Of a DNA stretch of 64,000 nt, positions 31,561 to 40,797 are shown piece by piece. Position 1 is the stretch's first letter; the number at the start of each line of letters is the position of its first letter. Origin of the DNA: Candidatus Krumholzibacteriia bacterium. Its GTDB lineage: Bacteria; Krumholzibacteriota; Krumholzibacteriia; JAJRXK01. The position numbers and the translations under genes were made by a program. Below the pieces are notes generated by a model. It was not told where the DNA came from. It searched no databases and was given only the letters and a program-made list of their open reading frames with translations. The stretch is taken from assembly GCA_041484665.1 (NCBI GenBank), contig JBGPIA010000006.1, positions 161,468 through 225,467 of the forward strand, read 5' to 3'.

Positions 31561-33285
31561 ATGGAACCGACGACTACCGAGGAAGCGAGCAGCAAGCCCC
31601 CAAGTACCGAGCTCTCCCGGCTCGCGGAGAATCCCGGGCGGGAGCACTACTATCCCGGCGTCAGTGACGAAGAGTGGAACGACTGGCGCTGGCAGTTCCG
31701 TCATCGCGTTACGACACTGGCCGAGCTCGCTCGCTTCTTCCCGGTGTCGGCCACCGAAGGCCGGATGATCCGCGAGGTCCTGCACGACTTCCGGATGGGG
31801 ATCACCCCCTACTATCTATCCCTCATCCAGCCGGGCAATCCCGACGACCCGATCCTGCGCCAGATCGTCCCCCATCAGGACGAGTACACCTACCGCGAGG
31901 TGGGCGACGAGGACCCCCTCGGCGAGGAGCAGTACTCGCCGGTCCCGGGGATCACGCACCGCTACCCGGACCGCGTGCTGATGGTGATCTCCAACTCGTG
32001 CGCGGTGTACTGCCGCTACTGCACGCGCAAGCGGATCATGTACGAGGGAGCGGTCCCCGACGTCGAGATCGACAGCATGGTGGAGTACATCGCTCGCACG
32101 CCGGTCGTGCGCGACGTGGTGATCTCGGGCGGCGACCCCATGACCTACTCCACGCCAAAGCTCGAGCGGATCATCGCCAAGCTGCGGGCGATCCCGCACC
32201 TGGAGATCATCCGCATCGGCACGCGCGTCCCGGTTTCGCTTCCGCAGCGCGTGGACGACGAGCTGTGCGCGATGCTCTCGAAGTACCACCCGCTGTGGGT
32301 CAACGTGCACTTCAACCATCCGGCCGAGTGCACGCCCGATGCCGCACGCGCCTGCGACAAGCTCTCGCGGGCGGGCATCCCGCTGAACAACCAGTCGGTG
32401 CTGCTGAGGGGGATCAACGACACCGTCGCCACGATGAAGGCCCTGGTGCACGGGCTGATGAAGATGCGCGTGCGGCCCTACTACCTGTACCTGTGCGATC
32501 CGGTGCGCGGAACCGAGCACCTGCGGACGCCCATCTCGACGGGCATCGAGGTCATGGAGGGCCTGCGCGGGCACACCAGCGGCCTGGCGATCCCGCATCT
32601 CGTGATCGACGCACCTGGCGGCGGCGGCAAGATCCCCGTGGGGCCGAACTACCTGCTGCACTACGACCAGCGCTCGGGTACGGCCATCCTGCGCAACTAC
32701 CAGAATCGGATCTTCGAGTACAAGGAGCCGCGATTGCAGCCTTCGCTGGCGGACGCGATCTCACCGGGGGCGGGAGCCGGGGCGGGAAGCAGTGCGAACG
32801 GCGGCGCCGGCAAGAGCAACGGGAACGGTCGCGGCACCGGCAAGGCCACCGGGAGCGGGTCCGCCAGGAGCAATGGCTCGGCCGTGGCCGGGCTGGCGGC
32901 GGACCTCAAGTCCGGCGCGCGCAAGCGGCCGGGCAAGAAGGTCGTGGGCAAGAGCGGATGGGTCCACGATGGCAGCTCGCTCGCGCCGGCGCGCGGGCCC
33001 GCGGCGGTCGGGGATAGCCCGGCGGTCGCCGGGTCAGTTGTGGCGGGCAGTCCGGTGGCGGCCAGCCCCATCGCGGCCAGCCCCATCGCGGCCAGCCCGG
33101 CGGTGGCAGGCCCGGCAGTGGCGGACCCTGCGGCGGTGCGGTCGGCGACGAACTCCGCGCCGGCACCCACGCGTGAGGTAGAGCGCGCGTTACAGCCTGC
33201 CCCGCAGTCGGCGCACGCCCTTGCGGCAAACGTCGCCGTCGGCGTGCCGAGCGGCACAGCGCGAGGAGGCTCCCGGCCCCGCTAG
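31561..33285 (+). CDS. kamA: KamA-family radical SAM lysine 2,3-aminomutase with low-complexity C-terminal tail
   Basis: WNDWRWQ, EDPLGEE, THRYPDR, CAVYCRYC, NQSVLLRGIND, RPYYL and VIDAPGGGGKIP (PLP lysine); AAGGAGG RBS. Confidence 0.93.
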   Translation: MEPTTTEEASSKPPSTELSRLAENPGREHYYPGVSDEEWNDWRWQFRHRVTTLAELARFFPVSATEGRMIREVLHDFRMGITPYYLSLIQPGNPDDPILRQIVPHQDEYTYREVGDEDPLGEEQYSPVPGITHRYPDRVLMVISNSCAVYCRYCTRKRIMYEGAVPDVEIDSMVEYIARTPVVRDVVISGGDPMTYSTPKLERIIAKLRAIPHLEIIRIGTRVPVSLPQRVDDELCAMLSKYHPLWVNVHFNHPAECTPDAARACDKLSRAGIPLNNQSVLLRGINDTVATMKALVHGLMKMRVRPYYLYLCDPVRGTEHLRTPISTGIEVMEGLRGHTSGLAIPHLVIDAPGGGGKIPVGPNYLLHYDQRSGTAILRNYQNRIFEYKEPRLQPSLADAISPGAGAGAGSSANGGAGKSNGNGRGTGKATGSGSARSNGSAVAGLAADLKSGARKRPGKKVVGKSGWVHDGSSLAPARGPAAVGDSPAVAGSVVAGSPVAASPIAASPIAASPAVAGPAVADPAAVRSATNSAPAPTREVERALQPAPQSAHALAANVAVGVPSGTARGGSRPR

Positions 33286-33295
33286 GGGGCGCGCC

Positions 33296-34285
33296 ATGGA
33301 CGTCGGGATCGCCTACGACCTCAGGACGGACTTCCCCGACGCAAACGATGGCCCCGAGGACCGGCTGGAGGAGTACGACTCCGAGGCCACCGTAGAGGCC
33401 ATCGCGCAGGCGCTGCGAGCCAACGGCCACACCCCGCGCAGACTGGGCGGGGGCCGGGCTCTCCTGCACGAGGTGCTCGGCCACCCGCCCGATCTCGTCT
33501 TCAACATCGCCGAGGGCTTCGGGACGCGGTCGCGAGAGGCCCACGTGCCCAGCGTGCTCGAGATGCTGCGCATTCCCTATACGCACAGCGATCCCCTGAC
33601 GTTGGCGCTCACCCTCGACAAGGCGATGGCCAAGCGAGTGGCAGCCTCGGCGGGCGTGCCGACGCCGCCGTTCGCGGTCGTGGAGCGGGTCGCCCAGGCC
33701 GGCGAGATTGGGCTGCGCTTTCCCGTCATCGCCAAGCCCCTGTACGAGGGCTCGAGCATGGGCATCCGCAACGGCTCGCGCCTGTCCGACCGCGAGGCGC
33801 TTTGCGCCTGCGTCGAGCAACTGCTGGCAGACTACGGACAGGCTGTGCTGGTCGAGGAGTTCTGCCCCGGCCCGGAGTTCACCGTCGGTGTCCTGGGCAA
33901 CGGCGACCAGGCACGCCCCATCGGGGTGATGGAGATCGTCCCTCGCACGGGCCACCTGCACGAGTTCATCTACTCGGTCGAGGTGAAACGAGACTACGAG
34001 CAGCAGGTCGAGTACCACGTTCCGCCGCGGCGCGGTGACGGCGTCGCGCGGCAGGTCGAGCAGGTAGCGCTAGGCGCCTATCACGCCCTGGGCTGCCGCG
34101 ACGTCGCGCGCGTGGACATCCGCACCGATGCCGAAGGGATGCCGCGCTTCCTAGAGGTCAATCCCCTGCCGGGGCTCAACCCCCGAAGCGGCGACCTGGT
34201 GATCCTCTCGCGTAAGTCTGGCCTGCCGTTCGAGACGTTGATCGGGCGGATCGTCGAGAACGCCCGCGCCCGCTGCGGGCTGTAG
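33296..34285 (+). CDS. D-Ala-D-Ala ligase-like ATP-grasp protein 1
   Basis: VFNIAEG, DKAMAK, KPLYEGSSMGI, VEEFCPGPEFTV, RVDIR and LEVNPLPGL; lacks the Ddl GGxSxE N-terminal motif. Confidence 0.9.
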   Translation: MDVGIAYDLRTDFPDANDGPEDRLEEYDSEATVEAIAQALRANGHTPRRLGGGRALLHEVLGHPPDLVFNIAEGFGTRSREAHVPSVLEMLRIPYTHSDPLTLALTLDKAMAKRVAASAGVPTPPFAVVERVAQAGEIGLRFPVIAKPLYEGSSMGIRNGSRLSDREALCACVEQLLADYGQAVLVEEFCPGPEFTVGVLGNGDQARPIGVMEIVPRTGHLHEFIYSVEVKRDYEQQVEYHVPPRRGDGVARQVEQVALGAYHALGCRDVARVDIRTDAEGMPRFLEVNPLPGLNPRSGDLVILSRKSGLPFETLIGRIVENARARCGL

Positions 34286-34408
34286 CGCGCGTAATGTTCA
34301 CCCGGCTCGACGTCGCTCGTCATGTGTACCCGGGTGCACATTTTCTCGCAACTGGATTTGTTGCAATGAGTTGCGTGTTTTGTTCTCGCGAGAGCGACCG
34401 CAGCCGCG

Positions 34409-34486
34409 CGCGCGCAACGCCCACCCGTGCACGGCCCACGACCGCACGGCCCACGCCAGCACGACCCACGACCGCACGACCCACGC
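34409..34486. repeat. 15-bp degenerate tandem repeat (about 5 units)
   Basis: GCACG(G/A)CCCACG(A/C)C(C/A)-like units in the gap between the two ligase genes. Confidence 0.75.
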
Positions 34487-34523
34487 GCGCCGCCCCGCGC
34501 TCGCGCAGCCAACGCATCCTGCC

Positions 34524-35702
34524 ATGACCCTCCGCGTCGCGATCCTCTACAACGACGACCAGGGGCTCGCGCACGGCGAAGCCAAGGATGCCCTCGCGAC
34601 GCAGGGAGTGCTGCACGAGGCGCAGGCCGTCGCGCAGGCCTGCCGCGACAACCGGTGGGAGCCGGTAGCCTTCGCGGTACCGGCCGACCCGCGCGTGCTG
34701 CTCTCGGCGCTGGCGGAAGCGCGGGCGGACGTTGTCTTCAATCTGGCCGAGGCCGTCGGTGGCGAAGCGCGGCTGGAGGCGGCCGTTGCGTGGCTGCTCG
34801 AATGGGCGCGCATTCCCTACACCGGCTCGGGGCCGTTGGCGTTGTCGCTGGCGCTGGACAAGCCGCTAGCAAAGGCGTTGTTGGCTTCGCGCGGAGTGCC
34901 CGTGGCCCGCGGCTGCGTCATCGAGCGCACCGACGAGCCCCTCGCCGACGCTGCGGGCCCGCTGCGGCCTCCACTGATCGTAAAGCCTGCACGGGAGGAC
35001 GCCTCCCATGGGATCGGCCTGGACAGCGTCGTGCACGGCGAGCGGGAGGCGCGCGCCCGCGCCCGCTACATCCTCGAGCGCTACCGGCAACCCGCGCTCG
35101 TGGAGGAGTTCGCCGGCGGCCGGGAGTTCAACGTCTCCATCGTCGGCGAAGGGACGGCGGCGGTCGTATTGCCCCTGGGTGAGATCGACTTCAGCGCCTT
35201 CCCGGCGGGGAGGCCGCCGCTGGTGACTTACGAAGCCAAGTGGGTGGAGGACAGCCCCGAGTACCGGGGAACGCCATCGGTGGCAGCCCGTCCGATGGCC
35301 AGCGCTCTCGAGGCGCAGGTGCGCGGGGTAGCGCTGGCGGCGTACGGGGCGCTGGGGCTGAGAGACTACGGGCGCGTCGATCTGCGGCTGAGGCCCGCCG
35401 CCGTCTCCATGGTCGCGGAGGGCGCGGGCGCGGAGAACGCGGGCGCGGAGGAGGCGGGCGGGGAGGGCGTCGGCGCGCCCCCGCTGAGACGAGCGCCCAG
35501 CGAAATGGCTGGCGACGGATCCCCCGTCGTCCTCGAGGTGAACCCCAATCCCGACATCTCACCGGATGCGGGACTGGCGCGTGCGGCACTGCGTGCTGGA
35601 GGGACCTATGTACAGCTCATCGCCCGGATCGTCGAAGGATGCCTTGCGCGAGCCGCAACGCTCCGTCCCGGCACCGCGCCTGCGGGGCCTGCGTCCCGCT
35701 GA
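34524..35702 (+). CDS. D-Ala-D-Ala ligase-like ATP-grasp protein 2
   Basis: VFNLAE, PYTGSG, DKPLAK, KPAREDASHGI, VEEFAGGREFNV, YGRVDLR and LEVNPNPDI. Confidence 0.9.
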   Translation: MTLRVAILYNDDQGLAHGEAKDALATQGVLHEAQAVAQACRDNRWEPVAFAVPADPRVLLSALAEARADVVFNLAEAVGGEARLEAAVAWLLEWARIPYTGSGPLALSLALDKPLAKALLASRGVPVARGCVIERTDEPLADAAGPLRPPLIVKPAREDASHGIGLDSVVHGEREARARARYILERYRQPALVEEFAGGREFNVSIVGEGTAAVVLPLGEIDFSAFPAGRPPLVTYEAKWVEDSPEYRGTPSVAARPMASALEAQVRGVALAAYGALGLRDYGRVDLRLRPAAVSMVAEGAGAENAGAEEAGGEGVGAPPLRRAPSEMAGDGSPVVLEVNPNPDISPDAGLARAALRAGGTYVQLIARIVEGCLARAATLRPGTAPAGPASR

Positions 35703-36294
35703 TCGCGCAGGGCTCGCGGCGCTGCTCTGCGACCTTCACGTCGCGGGCTGGTTCACACCGGAGGAAGTCGATCTCGCCCTCGAGCTCATCGACGTCGCTC
35801 TCTCGGACGACGACCAGGGCTACGCGTTCGTGGTCGCGGAGATTCCTGCCGGCGGGGCGATCGCGCCGGAAGCCGAGCGCCCGCGCGGAATCGGGAGCCT
35901 TGCAGGCGGTGTGTCCAGCTCCGATGCAGGTCGGGGAGCGCCCCGTCCGCGCGTGACGAGCGCAACGCTCCCCACCCAGGACTGCGGCCGGGTCGCGGGG
36001 TACGCTTGCTTCGGGATCGCGCCGCTGACCGATGGCGTCTACGACCTTTACTGGATCGCTGTGGATCCCGCGCTGCACGGGCGCAGCATCGGACAGGCGA
36101 TCCTGCAGGAGGTGGAGCGGCGCGTACGCGACGCAGGCGGCCGCATGGTGCTCCTGGAGACGGCCGGCAAGCCGTCGTACGCTGCGACGCGCGCATTCTA
36201 CGAGCGCGCCGGCTACATCGAAATCGCGCGCATCCCGGATTTCTACCGCGTGGGCGACGACAAGATCGTGTACGCCCGGCGGGTGTTCCGGTAA
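35608..36294 (+). CDS. GNAT acetyltransferase
   Basis: GYACFG, YDLYWIAVDPALHGRSIG, ETAGKPSYAATRAFYERAGY and IPDFY; ATG 35608 after GGAGGG (start uncertain). Confidence 0.87.
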   Translation: MYSSSPGSSKDALREPQRSVPAPRLRGLRPADRAGLAALLCDLHVAGWFTPEEVDLALELIDVALSDDDQGYAFVVAEIPAGGAIAPEAERPRGIGSLAGGVSSSDAGRGAPRPRVTSATLPTQDCGRVAGYACFGIAPLTDGVYDLYWIAVDPALHGRSIGQAILQEVERRVRDAGGRMVLLETAGKPSYAATRAFYERAGYIEIARIPDFYRVGDDKIVYARRVFR

Positions 36295-36825
36295 GCCTGG
36301 CGCCCCCCTCGCCGGGGCGCTCCTCCCCGTGACCCGGCGCCGGGCTCGGTTGGGGGGTCCACCCCGGGGAGGGCTGGGTCCGGCCCCAGCCCGACGATCC
36401 TTTTCACCCATCCCCACAGAGCCAACCGGGCGCTTGTCGAGCCGTCCGCGGGGCCTCAGCGGCCCACCAGAGGGCCCCGGAATGTGCTAGATTTATCACA
36501 CGATTCCTGAGGCTCCCCCGGCGGGCGCGGTCCATCGCTGGCCTGCGCCGTCGAGGGCCCCAGCACTCTCGCTTCCTCCCAGGACGTGCTCCTATTGAAC
36601 CTTTGCTCCTTCAAGGAGAAGGCGATGTTGTCCTTGTGTCGTGTACCCCTCACCGACCGACTCCACTCGCACTCCGCTGACCGTATTGGATGGTCGCCCC
36701 TGGATCGCGCATCGGCGCTTTGGGGCAGCGAATTACGCGGCCGTGGCAGCGAAACAGCTCCCCACGGCGCCGAACGGACTCCCCCAGGGGGGGGAGTCGC
36801 CCAATTTGGGGTGGTACCGGGGTTG

Positions 36826-39800
36826 ATGCTCGCCGTGCTCGTCACGGCATGCTCCCTGGTCGCCGCTCCCCCCGTCTGCGCCGCCTCGCACGCCGCCGGG
36901 GCCGCTAGCCCGGTCGGGATCGGCGCGGCCTCCCGGGCCGGCGGGCGCAGCGCAGCACCCATGGTTCGCGACGTCGGCAGGGTGCCGTCGCCACGCGCCC
37001 TGCCAGAGGACAGCCAGCCTCCCGAGGTCCTTGTCCTGCAGCCGGCTGGCGGCGAGGAATGGCTGCTGGGCTCCATCCAGACGATCCGTTGGTCGGCCGT
37101 CGATGACTCGCTCGTGACCTCCGTCGACGTGGACCTGGCGCGTGACGGCGTCAATTTCGCGGACGTGGTGGCGCGGGACATCCCCAATAGCGGCGCCCTG
37201 GAGTGGACGGTCACCCCACCCGTCACCGGCAGTGCGCGCGTGCGCGTGCGGGCGAAGGACGTGGCGGGCAACATTGGTGTCGGCATCAGCGCCGCGCCCT
37301 TCGGCATCACCCTGGACGAGCCGCTCTACAGCGCCTGGACCCTCTCCGTACTCGAGGGCGAGACCATCGTGGCGCAGGTCGACCCGCGCCGCGGGGCGTG
37401 GGCTGCCGTCGAGACGCTCAGCATCAACATGCACGACCCCCAGCTCGCGGGGGGCCCGCTGGGGGACAATTTCTACCTCCTCACAAAGACACGCCGCTAC
37501 CCGGCCAACCTGCTCACGCTGAGTAACCACAGCGGCGAGATCATGCACTCGGCGCCAATCGCCTTCCCGGCCGGGTTGGTCGGGCTCGCCGCCAGCCCCC
37601 TCGACGGCGTCGTTTATTCGACGGTGCGCACGAGCTTCAATCAGCAACTCGTCACCCTCGACCCGGTGACGGGGCTGCACACGTTCGTGGGGCCGCTGGT
37701 GTTCTCGCCAAATGAGCCGGGTGTGGGCGTCGACGTCCTTGCGTTCTCGCAAGAGGGCGGGCTCTACGGCGCGCAGTACCATTCCTCGCACGAGGAGGTG
37801 GAGCTCTGGCGCATCGATCCGCTCACGCTTGATGCATCGCTCATCTCCGCCTACCCCAACGGCCCGTACGCCGTGAGCGGTCTGGCATTCCTGGGCGATG
37901 AGCTGTGGATGGTGGACGATCAAGACGGCCTGGCGGTGCGTCTGGATCCGCAGACGGGCGAGCAGCTCGCCGTCAACCAGTTCGCCCAGTACATGCTGCA
38001 GGGGCTCGCGCCCCACGCCTGCCTGGCCTCTTCCCCCTATCTGCACGCTGCGGACGCCCCCAACGACGGTGGCGGCCATATCGACTTCGAGTGGACGGGT
38101 TACGTTCCGCCTCCGACAACCGTCCGGCTGGAGGTCGTCCGGGCGCTCGATGCTTGCGAGCTGACCGACCCGGGATTGCCGGCCCTGATCACGCTGGACG
38201 TCAGCGATCCTGCCCACTTCGTCGACGCGACCACGGCCGATTACACCGCGTATTACTACGGCCTGCGCGCGCTGGCGGAGGACCTGCCCAAGGGCCCGCG
38301 CATCGACGGCGGCCTCAAGACGAAGCTGCAGGTGCTCGAGACCGTCGCCACGGGACCGGCGTTCTCCTTCCCCAATCTGCTCATCAACGAGTTCGCGCCG
38401 GCCGGGGGGATCCCCAAGACAGGGCGCTCGGCGTCCGGGACGGGCGAGGGGGCGGGCCAGGGGGTGGGTCAGAGGGCAGGCGACGGGTCCGCGGCCGGGC
38501 CGCAAAAGATCGGCGAGCAGGTGGAGATTCGCAATCTCGCGAGCACCGACCTCGATCTGACGGGCTTCCGTCTGAGCAACGGGCCCGGTGATCCCACGCC
38601 CGACGAGGAGACGTTGACGGGCATCGTGCCGGCGGGCGGGCTGTTCGTTCACACGCTCGGGATCATCTCGCTGCCCGACGCGGGAGGGACCCTGGCGCTG
38701 CTGCCGCCGGCGGGCACGGCCTTCCAGCTCGACATCGTGGCGTACGGAACCCAAGGCGGCGCCCCGACCGCGCCGGCGGGCTTCACGGTCAACCGGGTGC
38801 CCGGTACGGGCCGCAACGATCCCAACGCAGCGAGCTTCGAGACCGGTGCGCCCAGCTTCGGGGCGGAGAACAGCGTGGCCACGCCGGCGCTGGGGCAGTC
38901 GATCGTCCTCAACGAGGTGGTCTACACCAGCCAGGTGGGCGGCAATTACGTCGAGCTCTACAACCCCCAAGGCAGCGCGGTGGTGCTGGACCACTTCGCG
39001 CTGAGTGATGGCGTCAGTTTCGTCGACATGCTGTCATCGCAGCTGCGGCTGGATTCCGGCGCGCTTACGGTGCTCCAACAGGGTGCGGCGGGCTCCTTCA
39101 CGCACACCGTCCAGTCCAACCTGCTGTACCTGTACAAGGTCACCGATGCCGGCTTGCTGCAACGCGTGGACCAGCTGGGCTGGGCCGGCGGTCCCAGCGT
39201 CGGCGGGCCTCCTGGCGACGCCCTGTCGCGCACGCCCGACGGGCTGGCGGTGTACCTGGGGAATCAGGGGGCGAACTGGCAGGACTGCGGCGGCGGGAAC
39301 ACGCTGGTGTACACCACGCGCACTCCGGGCACGCCCAACCAGGATGTGCGCGTGCTGCAGCGCGTGGTGGATCCGGCTGGCGCCGGCGACTTCACGACCA
39401 TCCAGGCAGCGCTGGCGGCGGCCGGGGTCGGGACGCGGATCCTAGTCAACGCGGGGACGTACGCGGAGTCGATCCAACTCAAGAACGGCGTGGAGATCCA
39501 CGGCGGGGGCGGCAACCCGTCGGCCGTCGTGATCACCGGCGCCGGCGGGAATCTCCCGATCGTTACCGCGACCGGCGTGAACGCGACCGCGATCCTGGCC
39601 GGTGTCACGCTGCGCGGCGGCAGCGCGCCCCAGGGTGGCGGGCTGCTCGTCGACAGCGGAAGCCCCCAGCTGACCAACGTGCGCTTCGAGCAGTGCCACG
39701 CCACGCAGAAGGGTGGCGGCGCCGCCGTGCTGGCGGGCTCGCCGACGTTCGCGGGCTGCTTCTTCTGGAAGAACACGTCCAGTGCCGATGGCGCCGCGCT

Positions 39801-40593
39801 GGCGGTGCTGGGGGGCTCGCCGGTCGTGCGCCGCTGCCTGTTCGTGCGCAACGACGCCAACGGCCGGGGCGGTGCGATCTTTGCCGGGGCCGGCAACACC
39901 ACCGTCGATCATTGCGTGATGGACCTCAACTCCGCGCGCGCGACCGGCGCGGGCGTGGTGCACAGCGCGGGCGGCTTCGTCACCGCCACGTACTCGCTGG
40001 TGACCAACGACCTGGAGGGAGCCGCACTGAAGACGGAGGGCGGCGGGGCGGCGGGGCGCGTGACGTTCTCCTGCGGCGGGCTGTTCGGGCATCCCGCGCC
40101 GCTGGACATGGTGGGCGGTGGTCTCGACACCAGCAGCGTGGTGATGGGCGATCCGCAGTACTGCCAGCCTCTGGCGTTCAACTACGCGTACGCGTCGACC
40201 TCCCCGCTCGCGGCGCCGCACGCCGGTTGCGGGGAGATCCGGGGCATCGAGGGGCCGCCTTGCGCGCAGATCACCGTCGACGCGCCGGCCGCGGCGCCCC
40301 CGCGCGTAACGCTGCTGCACCCGGCCTCCCCGAACCCGTTCAACCCCGCGACCGTGCTGCGCTTCGACCTGGCAGGGCCGGGGCGCGCGGAGCTGACGCT
40401 CTACGACGCGCGCGGGCGGCGAGTGGCGCAGCTGCTCGAGGGTGGGCAGACGCTGGAAGCGGGTGCGCACCAGATCGCCTGGCGCGGACTGGACCAGCGC
40501 GGGCGCGCCGTGGCGAGCGGAATCTACTACGCTCAGCTCGCCGTCGACGGCCAGGCGGTGGGGCCCACGCAGCGGCTGGTGTTGCTGCGCTGA
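36826..40593 (+). CDS. Large secreted multidomain protein: Ig-like, propeller-like, two lamin-tail-like, beta-helix and FlgD-Ig C-terminal domains
   Basis: Hydrophobic N-terminus; LLINEF and IVLNEV...VELYNP; GDFTTIQAAL...GTYAE followed by GGG/GGA repeats; PNPFNP...YDARGRRV...WRGLDQRGRAVASGIYY. Start uncertain (ORF open from 36586). Confidence 0.85.
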   Translation: MLAVLVTACSLVAAPPVCAASHAAGAASPVGIGAASRAGGRSAAPMVRDVGRVPSPRALPEDSQPPEVLVLQPAGGEEWLLGSIQTIRWSAVDDSLVTSVDVDLARDGVNFADVVARDIPNSGALEWTVTPPVTGSARVRVRAKDVAGNIGVGISAAPFGITLDEPLYSAWTLSVLEGETIVAQVDPRRGAWAAVETLSINMHDPQLAGGPLGDNFYLLTKTRRYPANLLTLSNHSGEIMHSAPIAFPAGLVGLAASPLDGVVYSTVRTSFNQQLVTLDPVTGLHTFVGPLVFSPNEPGVGVDVLAFSQEGGLYGAQYHSSHEEVELWRIDPLTLDASLISAYPNGPYAVSGLAFLGDELWMVDDQDGLAVRLDPQTGEQLAVNQFAQYMLQGLAPHACLASSPYLHAADAPNDGGGHIDFEWTGYVPPPTTVRLEVVRALDACELTDPGLPALITLDVSDPAHFVDATTADYTAYYYGLRALAEDLPKGPRIDGGLKTKLQVLETVATGPAFSFPNLLINEFAPAGGIPKTGRSASGTGEGAGQGVGQRAGDGSAAGPQKIGEQVEIRNLASTDLDLTGFRLSNGPGDPTPDEETLTGIVPAGGLFVHTLGIISLPDAGGTLALLPPAGTAFQLDIVAYGTQGGAPTAPAGFTVNRVPGTGRNDPNAASFETGAPSFGAENSVATPALGQSIVLNEVVYTSQVGGNYVELYNPQGSAVVLDHFALSDGVSFVDMLSSQLRLDSGALTVLQQGAAGSFTHTVQSNLLYLYKVTDAGLLQRVDQLGWAGGPSVGGPPGDALSRTPDGLAVYLGNQGANWQDCGGGNTLVYTTRTPGTPNQDVRVLQRVVDPAGAGDFTTIQAALAAAGVGTRILVNAGTYAESIQLKNGVEIHGGGGNPSAVVITGAGGNLPIVTATGVNATAILAGVTLRGGSAPQGGGLLVDSGSPQLTNVRFEQCHATQKGGGAAVLAGSPTFAGCFFWKNTSSADGAALAVLGGSPVVRRCLFVRNDANGRGGAIFAGAGNTTVDHCVMDLNSARATGAGVVHSAGGFVTATYSLVTNDLEGAALKTEGGGAAGRVTFSCGGLFGHPAPLDMVGGGLDTSSVVMGDPQYCQPLAFNYAYASTSPLAAPHAGCGEIRGIEGPPCAQITVDAPAAAPPRVTLLHPASPNPFNPATVLRFDLAGPGRAELTLYDARGRRVAQLLEGGQTLEAGAHQIAWRGLDQRGRAVASGIYYAQLAVDGQAVGPTQRLVLLR

Positions 40594-40797
40594 CGCTGGC
40601 AGGCGCGCGACCGCCCGGCGTGCCGGGCGGTCGTGACGGGCGGTCGTGACGGGCGCACGCGGCGGCCGTCCACGGCTGACAGGCGCAGCCGCGGGCGCTG
40701 CCGGCGAGCGCAGCTGGTTGCTCGCCGCGCGTCGCGGCGGGGCGTATCCTGGGGCTGCGCGCCGGATCCCCCGGGCGCTGCTGCCCCAGGAGCCGCC

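Noticed and set aside
31561..33285. KamA as EpmB (EF-P modification) or a lysine fermentation enzyme
   Set aside because: No efp, epmA or kamDE genes are in the window, and the neighbours are ATP-grasp ligases.
33296..35702. Ligases as canonical ddl or van resistance genes
   Set aside because: They lack the N-terminal GGxSxE motif, and there is no mur or vanHX context.
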